From: Candidatus Bathyarchaeota archaeon
GTDB lineage: Archaea; Thermoproteota; Bathyarchaeia; Bathyarchaeales; Bathycorpusculaceae
Reading direction: 5' to 3'
NCBI GenBank assembly: GCA_963775465.1
Contig: CAVZIW010000006.1
Location: 192,001 to 256,000 of the forward strand
Length of the DNA: 64,000 nt
Positions 50,713 to 61,340 of the stretch are shown piece after piece; position 1 is the first letter of the stretch, and the number at the start of each line of letters is the position of its first letter. Position numbers and translations under genes: made by a program. Under the pieces are notes generated by a model. That model was not told where the DNA came from, searched no databases, and saw nothing but the letters and a program-made list of their open reading frames with translations.

Positions 50713-51774
50713 TCAATCAATGCAAGGTTGCTGTTGACTGATGCAGTGGATAGTACCAAACCCATAAACCAAATCGCTGCATCTGATTCCAACAACTTTA
50801 CGTGAGGGAAAAAGTTCCTGCAATATTGATAACGCTTTTTCATCATTCTCATGGTCAAAAACTGGTACAAGCACTTTGGTGTTTCCAATGTAAAAATTAG
50901 TATAACTTGCCGGCAAACGTTCTTCTTCGTTGATAACAACTTTGGGCATAGGCAACTTAACAATTCGGATTTTTTCGCCATCTTGATCGACCGCTTGACA
51001 AAGGATATCGTAGTTTTCTTTTAGAGTATCATAGTTTATGTCATTTTGATTTTCTTCAAAAGCGCAAACAATTGTTTTTTCGTTTACAAATCTTGCTATG
51101 TCATCGATATGCCCATCTGTGTCATCACCGAAAATACCGCTTTTGAGCCATATGAAGTTGTTAACGCCAAAGTATTCACTTAGAATCTTTTCAATCTGTT
51201 TCTTGTCTAAATTTGGATTGCGATTTTTATTTAGCAGACACTGCTCAGTCGTTAACAGTGTTCCCCTGCCATTTACATCAATTGAGCCACCTTCGAGAAC
51301 CATACCTGGTTTAAAGCATTTTAACGCCAGTTTCTGGTTAATAACTTCCGGTATTTGCTTGTCTTTTAACAGAGTTTCATATTTTTCGCCCCAAGAGTTG
51401 AACTCCCACTGCACCATTGCAAGCTCATGCTTGCTGTTCCTTACGAAGATTGGGCCGTAATCCCTAAACCAAACATCAGCGTAGTCGAAAATATAGAATT
51501 CGACTCTACTCAAATCAATGTTTTCTTCTTTGAAGAGTCTTTCCGCTTTGTCTTTAGCTTTCAGACCAGTAACAAAAAGATTCACCCTTTCACTCAAGTG
51601 GATTTCTTTAACAATCTGTACATAGATTGTTTCAACAAGTTCAACTTTCTCAGGGAAAGTCGTAGGGTCATGGGGCCAAGCGAGCCAGATGGCATCGTGC
51701 TTTTCCCATTCTGCAGGCATGTAAAAACCTTGTTCAAAGCAAGATATTTCGTTATTACTCATCCAGAGCGCCAC
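50713..51774 (-). CDS. aguA: Agmatine deiminase
   Basis: MPAEWE.H, WFRDYGP, LEGGSI, DTDGHIDD, ASYTNF, GTIHCISQQQP. Confidence 0.93.
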   Translation of the reverse strand: MALWMSNNEISCFEQGFYMPAEWEKHDAIWLAWPHDPTTFPEKVELVETIYVQIVKEIHLSERVNLFVTGLKAKDKAERLFKEENIDLSRVEFYIFDYADVWFRDYGPIFVRNSKHELAMVQWEFNSWGEKYETLLKDKQIPEVINQKLALKCFKPGMVLEGGSIDVNGRGTLLTTEQCLLNKNRNPNLDKKQIEKILSEYFGVNNFIWLKSGIFGDDTDGHIDDIARFVNEKTIVCAFEENQNDINYDTLKENYDILCQAVDQDGEKIRIVKLPMPKVVINEEERLPASYTNFYIGNTKVLVPVFDHENDEKALSILQELFPSRKVVGIRCSDLVYGFGTIHCISQQQPCID

Positions 51775-52675
51775 TGTTGGTTTCTAAAAGCTGTTTGTAT
51801 GTGTCGGGGCGTCGATTGCGGAGAAATCCCCATCCTTCTTGAATTCTTTTATTATGCGTTAAGTCAACCGTTACTACCAATACCTCCTCATTTTTAGATC
51901 CGGCTTCCGCGAGGACTTTGCCAAAAGCGTTGCAGATAAAAGAGCCACCCCAAAACTCCAAAATCCCTTCCGAACCAACACGGTTAACTGCGGCGACATG
52001 GACACCGTTTGCTATTGCATGTGCGCGTTGCACCGTTTTCCAAGCATCATGCCAATCCCCATCTTGAGATGTCTGGTCAAAAATATACCCTATGGCAGTG
52101 GGGTAAAACAGGATTTCTGCGCCTTTTAACACGTTAATTCGAGCTGCTTCAGGGAACCATTGGTCATAACAAATAAGAACTCCAATTTTCGCGTATTTTG
52201 TATTGAAAACTCGGTACTTTGACTCGCCTTCCGTGAAGTATTCTTTTTCGTAAAAGTAGGGATCCTGTGGAATGTGAATTTTGCGATAAACACCCAAGAC
52301 TTCGCCGTCAGCATCAATTACAGCGGCTGAATTATGAAACTTGCCGTTTTGGTCTTTTTCAAAGATGGGAACAATTATGACAACGTGATGCTTTTTTGAT
52401 AGCTCTGAGAAAAGTCTTGTAGATTCCCCTGGGATGGTCTCTGCCAACGAAGATACCTTTTGGTTTTCTTTCTGAGGAAAATACCTCGAACGGTAAAGCT
52501 CCTGAAGGCATATTATCTGTGCGCCTCTGCCCGCAGCTTCCTCAATTTTCTTTGCAGTTTTTTGCATATTTTCTGTTATGTTTTCTGAAACGGCGGTTTG
52601 GATAAGTGCAACGGAAACTATCTGGTTGCTTTTTCTGGTATTCTTGAGACTTTGAGTAGGTATGTTCTTGTCCAT
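51755..52675 (-). CDS. aguB: N-carbamoylputrescine amidase (carbon-nitrogen hydrolase)
   Basis: QEL, YRKIHIP, ICYDQWFPEAAR, YPTAIG, RRPDTY; adjacent to aguA. Confidence 0.88.
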   Translation of the reverse strand: MDKNIPTQSLKNTRKSNQIVSVALIQTAVSENITENMQKTAKKIEEAAGRGAQIICLQELYRSRYFPQKENQKVSSLAETIPGESTRLFSELSKKHHVVIIVPIFEKDQNGKFHNSAAVIDADGEVLGVYRKIHIPQDPYFYEKEYFTEGESKYRVFNTKYAKIGVLICYDQWFPEAARINVLKGAEILFYPTAIGYIFDQTSQDGDWHDAWKTVQRAHAIANGVHVAAVNRVGSEGILEFWGGSFICNAFGKVLAEAGSKNEEVLVVTVDLTHNKRIQEGWGFLRNRRPDTYKQLLETNSGALDE

Positions 52676-52971
52676 CCTTGTCGGTTCAACTATTCTATGT
52701 GCTGTTGATATTAACTTTTTTGAAAAAAAGAAAAACAAGCAAGGTAAAAACCAGCAACTATTTTCAGCAGCAAGAAGTAAAACAGCCACTTAAAAAAAGC
52801 CTTGTTCTTAAGTAACTTTTTTCAAGGAATACCGACAACATTAAAAAGATTTTATTCACCTGCTTAAGAAAATAACATCTTGGTTAAATGCGGTCTTTTC
52901 GTTTTGCACAAAGAAACTATTTATTAAGTTAGACTGTGGTCAATAGTTAGTTTACTAAGGGGCTATTTAGA

Positions 52972-54306
52972 ATGAAAGCGTTCATTATCCAATTTCCGTT
53001 TGGCGTAGGCGCCTTCGACGACAAGAACAGTTTAATAGACAAAGCCTTGTTTCCAAAAAAAGCGCAAGCTGCAGCAAAAAGCTTGCTAAAGACCGAATCA
53101 GGCAAACTATCTGACCAAGTTACGTCGCTTATTACTCTACTAAAAAACGTTGATTACGATATGTTTGTTTTTGAAAACGCAACTCTCGCACAAGAAGCTC
53201 AGCGTAGACTCAAAGTTGACGTTGAAGTAGCAAAACCCGCTGAAATAGCCGTATTTCATTCTCGTATGGGCGAAATCGCAGTTGAATCAGGATTTGTCGA
53301 AAATGATTCGGAACTAATCACCTGGACCCGAAATGTCAGCATGGAACTCGCAAAGTTGCGAATCAAGGGTGCCGTAGAGAAACGCGACTTAATCGTCGCT
53401 CAAGGAATCCAAACTCTTGATAGCCTTGATCAAACAGTAAACATGTTCATTGGTCGGCTCCGCGAATGGTACGGTATATACTTCCCGGAGCTTGACCGAC
53501 TAATTGAAAAACATGAAACATACTCACGTCTTGTTATGAACATTGGAAACCGAGAAAAATACACAGTTGAAGGATTAGAAGCTGAAAACATCCCCAAAGA
53601 GCGTACCCAGCTAGTTGCGAAAGCAGCCGAGTCATCTATGGGCGCAGACATATCCGAATCAGACCTTGAGCAAATCCAAGTATTAGCAAAAGATATCCTT
53701 ACATTCTATGCGTTACGCAAAAGTATGGAAGACTATGTTGACAAAACAATGGAGGAGCTGGCGCCAAACGTTCGCGCCGTCGCAGGAGCCCTTCTAGGTG
53801 CACGAATGATTGCCATAGCAGGTAGTCTTCAGAACTTGGCTATGCGTCCAGCAAGCACAATTCAAGTTTTAGGAGCAGAGAAAGCTCTTTTCCGCTCTCT
53901 AAAAACAGGCGCAAGACCGCCAAAACACGGCTTAATTTTCCAGCACACTTTGCTTCATGATGCAAAACGGTGGCAACGCGGAAAAATCGCCCGTGTCATC
54001 GCGGGAAAACTTGCAATCGCAGCTCGAGCAGATGTTTTCGGGCAGGGTCATTTCATCGGAGACGAACTGAAAGCAGACATAAACAAACGCGTAGAAGAAA
54101 TCCGTGAGAAATACAAAGAACCTCCACCACCAAAAGAACCCAAAACTCGACCACAAGGATCCGAAACAGGCAGAGAGCAACGTTTCGACAGGGGTGATCG
54201 AAGACCGCAGGGACGGGTAGGCAGCGGAGGCTTTAGAGGACGCGATAGAGGTCCAAAACGCCATGGCGGCGGTAACAAGTGGAGAAAAGACCGACGTGGG
54301 CCTTAG
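52972..54306 (+). CDS. nop5: C/D box sRNP core protein Nop5 (Nop56/58)
   Basis: REWYG.YFPEL, PASTIQVLGAEKALFR, PPKHGLIFQ, RGKIAR. Confidence 0.95.
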   Translation: MKAFIIQFPFGVGAFDDKNSLIDKALFPKKAQAAAKSLLKTESGKLSDQVTSLITLLKNVDYDMFVFENATLAQEAQRRLKVDVEVAKPAEIAVFHSRMGEIAVESGFVENDSELITWTRNVSMELAKLRIKGAVEKRDLIVAQGIQTLDSLDQTVNMFIGRLREWYGIYFPELDRLIEKHETYSRLVMNIGNREKYTVEGLEAENIPKERTQLVAKAAESSMGADISESDLEQIQVLAKDILTFYALRKSMEDYVDKTMEELAPNVRAVAGALLGARMIAIAGSLQNLAMRPASTIQVLGAEKALFRSLKTGARPPKHGLIFQHTLLHDAKRWQRGKIARVIAGKLAIAARADVFGQGHFIGDELKADINKRVEEIREKYKEPPPPKEPKTRPQGSETGREQRFDRGDRRPQGRVGSGGFRGRDRGPKRHGGGNKWRKDRRGP

Positions 54307-54994
54307 AGTAAAACCGCACGAAAAATTCAAAGAAATCTATAAAGTTACTCTCGAAGACGGCGCCAAACGGCTTGGGACTCGAAACCTGACGCCCGGCTTG
54401 AACGTTTATGGTGAACGTCTTGTCAAATTCAAAAGCGTGGAATACCGTGTTTGGGATGCTTTTCGCAGTAAACTTGCCGGTGCAATAATCAAAGGTTTAA
54501 ATAACGTTCCTATAGTGCCTGCTTCTAAGGTTCTATATCTAGGCGCTGCTTCGGGAACCACGCCGAGCCATGTTTCTGACATCGTTGGTGAAGCAGGTTA
54601 TGTTTACTGCGTAGAATTTGCGCAGCGCTCTCTTAGAGATTTAGTTAACAACGTGGCAGCTTTTCGAACCAATATTTCGCCCATGCTCGAAGACGCTCGA
54701 ATGCCCGAGCGGTATGCAATGTTTATTCCTGGCAAAGTCGACACAATTTACTGCGATGTTGCGCAACCTGAACAAGCAAGACTGTTGGCGGACAATGCTG
54801 CTGTCTTCCTCAAACCTTACGGTTGGGTTATGTTGGCCTGTAAATCACAAAGCATTGATGTGACTATGTCTCCTAATGAGGTTTACCAGCAGGAAGCTCG
54901 TATTCTAAAGAAAAGAGGGTTTAGCGTTACAGAAATCGTTGAACTTGAGCCCTATGATAAAGCACATGCAATGATATTGGCCCAAAGCCAATAA
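54296..54994 (+). CDS. flpA: Fibrillarin-like rRNA/tRNA 2'-O-methyltransferase
   Basis: VYGERL, YRVWDAFRSKLA, LYLGAASGTT.SHVSD, DVAQPEQ; GTG 54296 with GGAG RBS. Confidence 0.96.
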   Translation: MGLRVKPHEKFKEIYKVTLEDGAKRLGTRNLTPGLNVYGERLVKFKSVEYRVWDAFRSKLAGAIIKGLNNVPIVPASKVLYLGAASGTTPSHVSDIVGEAGYVYCVEFAQRSLRDLVNNVAAFRTNISPMLEDARMPERYAMFIPGKVDTIYCDVAQPEQARLLADNAAVFLKPYGWVMLACKSQSIDVTMSPNEVYQQEARILKKRGFSVTEIVELEPYDKAHAMILAQSQ

Positions 54995-55155
54995 TTCACC
55001 CAGCCGAAGAACCAGTTATGCCCAAAAGAATAATCAGAGGCAGCCTTGATCATCGTAATTTTCTGCTAACTGACTTTTTTGTTTTCGATTTTACCGTTAA
55101 TGGAAAAGTGTTATAGCTTGGAATTCTGTCAATTCAATACTCCAGGTAAATATAT

Positions 55156-55818
55156 ATGCTAATTGCAGGCGTTGATGAAGCAGGACGTGGATGCGTTATT
55201 GGACCATTGGTTATAGCGGGTGTCGCAGTCACAACTCAAAACATGCAGTCTTTAATTGATTTGGGTGTAAAAGATTCAAAACTTCTCACAGCCAAAAAAA
55301 GAGAGCAATTGCATTCAGAAATCCTCAAGCTAACTCAAAATCACCACATCATAAAAGTGCCCCCAAGCCAAATTGATATAGTTGTTCAAAACGCTAGAAA
55401 ACTCCATAAACTAAATCGCCTTGAAGCTGAAACCATGGCAAAAATAATTGAAGAGTTAAAACCAGATGAAGCTTACGTTGACGCAGCAGACGTTCTAGAG
55501 AAACGCTTTGGAAACCACATTAAAGAGCGCCTTACAATCGACACCACAATTATTTCTGAACATAAAGCTGATAGAACATTCCCAATTGTTTCTGCTGCAT
55601 CCATTATCGCTAAAGTAGAGCGTGACCGTGAGATCGCAAATCTGAGACTTATTTATGGCGATTTTGGAAGCGGTTATTTAACTGATAACAAGACAATGGC
55701 TTTCCTTAAGCAGTTGCTCTATAAGAATGGAGATTATCCTAGTTTTGTTAGGCAATCTTGGAAACCAGCCAAGAAAGCGAAAAGTGAATTTGGTGCTAAA
55801 CAGCAAACTTTACTATAG
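55156..55818 (+). CDS. rnhB: Ribonuclease HII
   Basis: GVDEAGRG, DSK.L, EHKAD, VSAASIIAKV.RD, GSGY; PIP-box-like QQTLL end. Confidence 0.96.
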   Translation: MLIAGVDEAGRGCVIGPLVIAGVAVTTQNMQSLIDLGVKDSKLLTAKKREQLHSEILKLTQNHHIIKVPPSQIDIVVQNARKLHKLNRLEAETMAKIIEELKPDEAYVDAADVLEKRFGNHIKERLTIDTTIISEHKADRTFPIVSAASIIAKVERDREIANLRLIYGDFGSGYLTDNKTMAFLKQLLYKNGDYPSFVRQSWKPAKKAKSEFGAKQQTLL

Positions 55819-55910
55819 TTATTGTGTTTCGTTGCGTACAAAAGATACAAATTTATTAGCGTGAACATGCTCCTTTATATTAATACGCGGGCTTTATTGG
55901 TGAAAATAGT

Positions 55911-57572
55911 TTGAGTGAAAAAGACGTAACACGCTTTCTGCAAATACTCGGCTTATCCAAAAGAGAAATACAAGTATATATGTTCCTCGCCAAGAGTGGC
56001 GTCCAATCCACCAGTTTTGTGGCAAAACGCCTCAAAATGGAACGTGTTCAAGCTTACCGAACTTTTAAGAAATTGCAAGAGAAAGGCTATATAGAAGCCA
56101 CCTTAGAGCGGCCCACTCGCTTTACTATTGTTCCTTTCGAAGCTTTAGTTGACAGTTTTATCAACGCCAAAAAGAATGAAGTCGCTAACCTTAACGACCA
56201 AAAACAAGATCTCATAACAGCATGGCAATCCATCAGTGCACCCGAATCAGAATACCCTGTTGCCAAATTTTCAATTATCACCGGCAAGAAAAAGATTCAC
56301 TCAAAAATGCTAAACATGATTGAAGAATCAAAAGCCCAAATTACCATTCTAACCACTGCTTTGGGTTTTGTTCAAGAAGACATTGCAGGAATCTTCGATT
56401 CAGCAGTTACTCCAACAAATGAACGCAATGTAAAATTCCAAATCATTACCGATATCACTCCAGAAAACCTAAAAATAGTTGAGAAAATGGAACGCAACAT
56501 TCGGAAAGACAAACTAAACTTTAAGCTACGTCATGTAAACATGAACTCCAAATTTTTCCCCCGCTTCCTAATCAAAGATGAAGAAGAAGCAATCTTGTAT
56601 GCGCCATTCGGAAATGAAGCATCAGTTTTGAACCTCGAGGACGAAGGTTTATGGATAAATGACAAAATGTTCATTTCGGTTCTCAAAGCATTTTTTGTTC
56701 AAATGTGGCACACTGGGGTAGATGCTTCACGAAGAATTGAAGAATTAAAAACTGGAATACCCATAGGCGAAACTCTGATAATCAAAGATAGCGAAGAAGC
56801 CTGGAACAAAGTAACAAAGATTCTTGATTCAGCCAAAAAAGACATTGTAGTGATTACTTCTTCACAAAGCATAAACATGCTTGCTGAAAATGACCCCGTT
56901 GTAAAATACTTCAAGAAAGACTTGAAAATACGGATAATGGCGTCAATAGACCTAGATAATCTTGAACCAGCACAGAAGCTAGCCAAGAAATACGAAGTAA
57001 AGCATGTGCCCATCAACTACCTCACTATGATGTTGGTTGATAACAAGCACCTTTACATGTTCAAAATACCCCCCATTAGTGATTTCGGAAATGAATCGGC
57101 TTTCTATTTGCCAGATACATTTTACTCAAGTGACCCTGGACAAATTGAACGAGTAAGCGAAATGTTAGACGACATCTGGAAACGCGGAATTGACATTTCG
57201 GAAATCAGCAGCCAAGCTGGAACAAAACTTCCAAACATTGAAGTTACATCCACAGAATCACTCTCTATGGCAGTTGACAAGATGCTAATCAATAACGTCA
57301 CTTCTTTGTTAATAACCGAAAATCAAAAACCAATTGGTGTCATCAACGACAGAGAGTTGCTAAAAGAAATAGTCAATGAACACAAAGACCCTCTAAAAAC
57401 ACTCGCAAAAGAAGTCAAATATACACCCCTCATCACTCTAAAAGAAAACGAATCTATGATTACAGCTATGGATTATATGAGTAAAAAAGGTTTCAAACGC
57501 GCAGCCTTGGTCAAAAGTGGGCAATTAATAGGTATGTTGACTGAAAAGCCGAAAGAAAAGAAGCCGAAATAA
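55911..57572 (+). CDS. TrmB-family transcriptional regulator with duplicated effector domain and C-terminal CBS pair
   Basis: LGLSKRE..VY.FL, KLQEKGYIEATLERPTRF HTH; two effector modules; PIGVINDREL and LIGMLTE CBS motifs. Confidence 0.85.
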   Translation: MSEKDVTRFLQILGLSKREIQVYMFLAKSGVQSTSFVAKRLKMERVQAYRTFKKLQEKGYIEATLERPTRFTIVPFEALVDSFINAKKNEVANLNDQKQDLITAWQSISAPESEYPVAKFSIITGKKKIHSKMLNMIEESKAQITILTTALGFVQEDIAGIFDSAVTPTNERNVKFQIITDITPENLKIVEKMERNIRKDKLNFKLRHVNMNSKFFPRFLIKDEEEAILYAPFGNEASVLNLEDEGLWINDKMFISVLKAFFVQMWHTGVDASRRIEELKTGIPIGETLIIKDSEEAWNKVTKILDSAKKDIVVITSSQSINMLAENDPVVKYFKKDLKIRIMASIDLDNLEPAQKLAKKYEVKHVPINYLTMMLVDNKHLYMFKIPPISDFGNESAFYLPDTFYSSDPGQIERVSEMLDDIWKRGIDISEISSQAGTKLPNIEVTSTESLSMAVDKMLINNVTSLLITENQKPIGVINDRELLKEIVNEHKDPLKTLAKEVKYTPLITLKENESMITAMDYMSKKGFKRAALVKSGQLIGMLTEKPKEKKPK

Positions 57573-57621
57573 ATACTTAACCTTACATCTCAAAAAGTAA
57601 CCATTTTTTATGTTCATTTAA

Positions 57622-58365
<744 letters not shown>

Positions 58366-58366
58366 C

Positions 58367-59257
58367 GTGAATATATTGAAAGTTGAACCTGAATGCGAAT
58401 CGTGCTTGCTTTCCAGAGCCCAAATACAAACATACCAAGCAACAACTAACCCGGCTTTACGTTTTAGGTGCCTTGCAGAAATCGTTAAACTACTAAACCG
58501 AGAATTCAAACATACATCGGTTGCTGCAGAAATTGGCACCAAACGAGACCGCATAATCCGAAAATTAACCAGCAACAACGATCCCTACAAGCACAACAAA
58601 AAACAGGCAAATGAGAAAGCCCTGAAAATGCGTCCACACGCCAAAAAATACGTTGAATCAGGATACAATCAACAAGAACGCTTTAAGAAAGCATGTCTGT
58701 GCGCAATAGTGGGCAACATTATGGAGTTTGACATTCCAGGACACAAGTTCACTTTGAAGAGTATGACTGGGGTGCTTCGTGAAGCAGCTAAGGACCTAGT
58801 GATAGACGATATCGACAAAGCATACAAGTTGGCAAAGAAAGCAACTTCCGTTTTGTATTTGGCCGACAACGCGGGTGAAATCGTTTTCGACACGTTATTG
58901 GTAGAACAACTTAAAAATATGGGTCTAAAAGTCACCTACGTCGTAAAAGGTGACCCAGTCATAAATGATGCTACCATGGAAGATGTTGAAATCTCCAACA
59001 TCGACAAACTTGCAGACGAAGTCATTACCACAGGTTGCGATGCTGTTGGATTGCAGAAAAAGGAAGCCTCACCCGAATTCCTAAAAGTTTACGATGATGC
59101 CGAACTGGTTTTTGCTAAAGGTATGGGCTACGCTGAAACTCTCACCGAATACAAACTAACCAAACCGCATTTGCTCATGTTCCGCACAAAATGTGCCCCT
59201 GTCGCAAACTATTTCTGTGTACCGCGTGATAAGAATGTAGCAAAGCTGATGCCATAA
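58367..59257 (+). CDS. DUF89/ARMT1-like damage-control phosphatase
   Basis: ECESC, DPYK, GN..EF, DNAGEIVFD, INDAT, AKGMGY.E. Confidence 0.9.
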   Translation: MNILKVEPECESCLLSRAQIQTYQATTNPALRFRCLAEIVKLLNREFKHTSVAAEIGTKRDRIIRKLTSNNDPYKHNKKQANEKALKMRPHAKKYVESGYNQQERFKKACLCAIVGNIMEFDIPGHKFTLKSMTGVLREAAKDLVIDDIDKAYKLAKKATSVLYLADNAGEIVFDTLLVEQLKNMGLKVTYVVKGDPVINDATMEDVEISNIDKLADEVITTGCDAVGLQKKEASPEFLKVYDDAELVFAKGMGYAETLTEYKLTKPHLLMFRTKCAPVANYFCVPRDKNVAKLMP

Positions 59258-59258
59258 C

Positions 59259-61340
59259 ATGAAGTTGCCGACCTTAACTTTCCAAAAAGAAGCGTTTGCA
59301 AGTTATAACAAACTTGTAGAGAAGGAGTGGCTAATAACCAATGGGTTGGGTGGTTACGCTTCCTCAACTGTCTTGGGGATTAACACTCGAAAATATCATG
59401 GATTGCTTGTTGCTGCTTTGGACCCTCCTGGAAACCGAACGGTTTGCCTCTCAAAACTTGACGAGGACGTTTTGGTGGGCAATGATGTTTATCGGTTAGG
59501 CTCAAATGAGTTTCACAAGACAATTTATCCCGAAGGTTACAAGCTAATTAGACAGTTTACGGTCGATCTGTTTCCAACTTACATCTATGAGTCGGGTAAC
59601 GTCCAGATTATAAAAACAGTGTTCATGCCCAAACACAAAAATGCCGTAGTAATAGCCTACAAACTTAGAAACAAAAATAACTCACAAGTCAAAATTAGAC
59701 TTTATCCGCTTCTAACATGCAGACATTATCACAACGTAATCTACCAATCAAGAGTGCCATTGAATTTTACCCTAAAAAGCACCAATGAACAATTAGAAGC
59801 AGTTTTTCAACGACCCCACGCCACAATAGTTTGCCGCGCAACTGAGGGGCAATTCAAAGAAGGTGTAAACTGGTTAGCCCATCTCCATTATCGCGATGAA
59901 TTGTTGCGCGGGGAAGCTGATGTTGACGACTGTTTCCAGCCAGGATATTTCGAATTGGAGGTGCAAGCTAACATTGAGAAAGAGTTTGCAGTTACATGTG
60001 TTGCCAGCAATGAAAGCCAAGAGACCGAAAGAATTTTGGATTCGATTGGCAACTCAATCAACGAGGTTCAGAACGCATTTCTTAAAGAAGTGAACCAAAA
60101 ATCTGAAATGCTTTTGACTTTTCAACGTGATCATCCAGAAGCGTCTATGAATGATTGGCTAAACTGGGCGTTGCTTGCTGCCAACTCTTTCCTTGTAGAG
60201 GGCGCAAATGCAAGAAAAGCCGTTATTGCAGGATACCATTGGTTTGAGGCTTGGGGTAGAGACACTTTCGTCTCGTTGCCTGGGTTGTTACTGGTTACAG
60301 GCAAATATGATGATGCCAAAAATGTACTGCGAAGCTTCATCAAGTACAGCAAGAGTGGGTTGATTCCCAATTTTGTTCCTGACAAATCAGCTATTCCCGT
60401 TTACGATACCGTTGACGCAACTTTGTGGTACATTAACGCTGTATTGCAGTACGTTAAATACACTGGCGATTTTGCTTTTGTTAAAGACGAGTTGTGGGAA
60501 AAACTGCAGGAATTAGTTGAGAATCACCAGAAGGGCACCCTATTTGGTATCCAAGTTGACCGTGACGGTTTGCTCAAGCATGGTCCAAGACTCACTTGGA
60601 TGGACGCTGCTGTTGGAAACGACGCAATTACTCCAAGAACAGGTAAAGCAGTGGAAATTCAAGCCCTATGGTATAATACCTTGAAAACCATGGAGTTGCT
60701 TGCGAACGTATTTGAAGGCCCCGAATTAGCTGAAAAGTACGGCTTCACGGCAAACCAAGCTAAGCAAAATTTCAGCGAGAAATTTTGGAACCCGCAGAAA
60801 AACTGCCTCTACGATGTAATCGATGAAGAGAGCTTAGATGCTTCTATTCGTCCAAACCAAATATTCGCAGTCTCCCTTGACTATACTATGCTTAACATCG
60901 AAAAGAGTCAAAGTGTTGTTGAACTCGTAAATCGTGAACTTGTAACACCCTACGGTTTAAGGACACTATCTCTGGGCGACCCCAAGTTCATTGGGAAATG
61001 TGCAGGAGACAGCCGAAGCAGAGATAGGGCTTACCACAATGGAACGATTTGGCCATGGCTACTAGGACCCTACGTTACGGCGTACCTAAAAGTCAATGAT
61101 TACACTGAAAAGGCACGTCAGCAAATGCTCGAAAACCTTGTGCTGCCTCTTTTCACTACAGCAATCCATCAAGGTTGTTTAGGAACCATAAATGAAATAT
61201 ACGACTCTGATCCCCCAAACGAACCCCGAGGCTGCATCTCGCAAGCATGGAGCGTTGCAGAACCCTTACGAGCCTATGTTGAAGATATAATGCAAGTTAA
61301 GCCCAAGAGATCTTCGGGGTTCTTAGTCCTTAAGCATTGA
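59259..61340 (+). CDS. Archaeal-type glycogen debranching enzyme (amylo-alpha-1,6-glucosidase)
   Basis: EWLITNGLGGYAS, AGYHWF..WGRDT, LTWMDA, IRPNQ, YHNGTIWPW, QAWSVAE. Confidence 0.93.
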   Translation: MKLPTLTFQKEAFASYNKLVEKEWLITNGLGGYASSTVLGINTRKYHGLLVAALDPPGNRTVCLSKLDEDVLVGNDVYRLGSNEFHKTIYPEGYKLIRQFTVDLFPTYIYESGNVQIIKTVFMPKHKNAVVIAYKLRNKNNSQVKIRLYPLLTCRHYHNVIYQSRVPLNFTLKSTNEQLEAVFQRPHATIVCRATEGQFKEGVNWLAHLHYRDELLRGEADVDDCFQPGYFELEVQANIEKEFAVTCVASNESQETERILDSIGNSINEVQNAFLKEVNQKSEMLLTFQRDHPEASMNDWLNWALLAANSFLVEGANARKAVIAGYHWFEAWGRDTFVSLPGLLLVTGKYDDAKNVLRSFIKYSKSGLIPNFVPDKSAIPVYDTVDATLWYINAVLQYVKYTGDFAFVKDELWEKLQELVENHQKGTLFGIQVDRDGLLKHGPRLTWMDAAVGNDAITPRTGKAVEIQALWYNTLKTMELLANVFEGPELAEKYGFTANQAKQNFSEKFWNPQKNCLYDVIDEESLDASIRPNQIFAVSLDYTMLNIEKSQSVVELVNRELVTPYGLRTLSLGDPKFIGKCAGDSRSRDRAYHNGTIWPWLLGPYVTAYLKVNDYTEKARQQMLENLVLPLFTTAIHQGCLGTINEIYDSDPPNEPRGCISQAWSVAEPLRAYVEDIMQVKPKRSSGFLVLKH

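Noticed and set aside
54995-55080. Possible C/D box sRNA after flpA
   Set aside because: No clean RUGAUGA C box with properly spaced CUGA D box on either strand.
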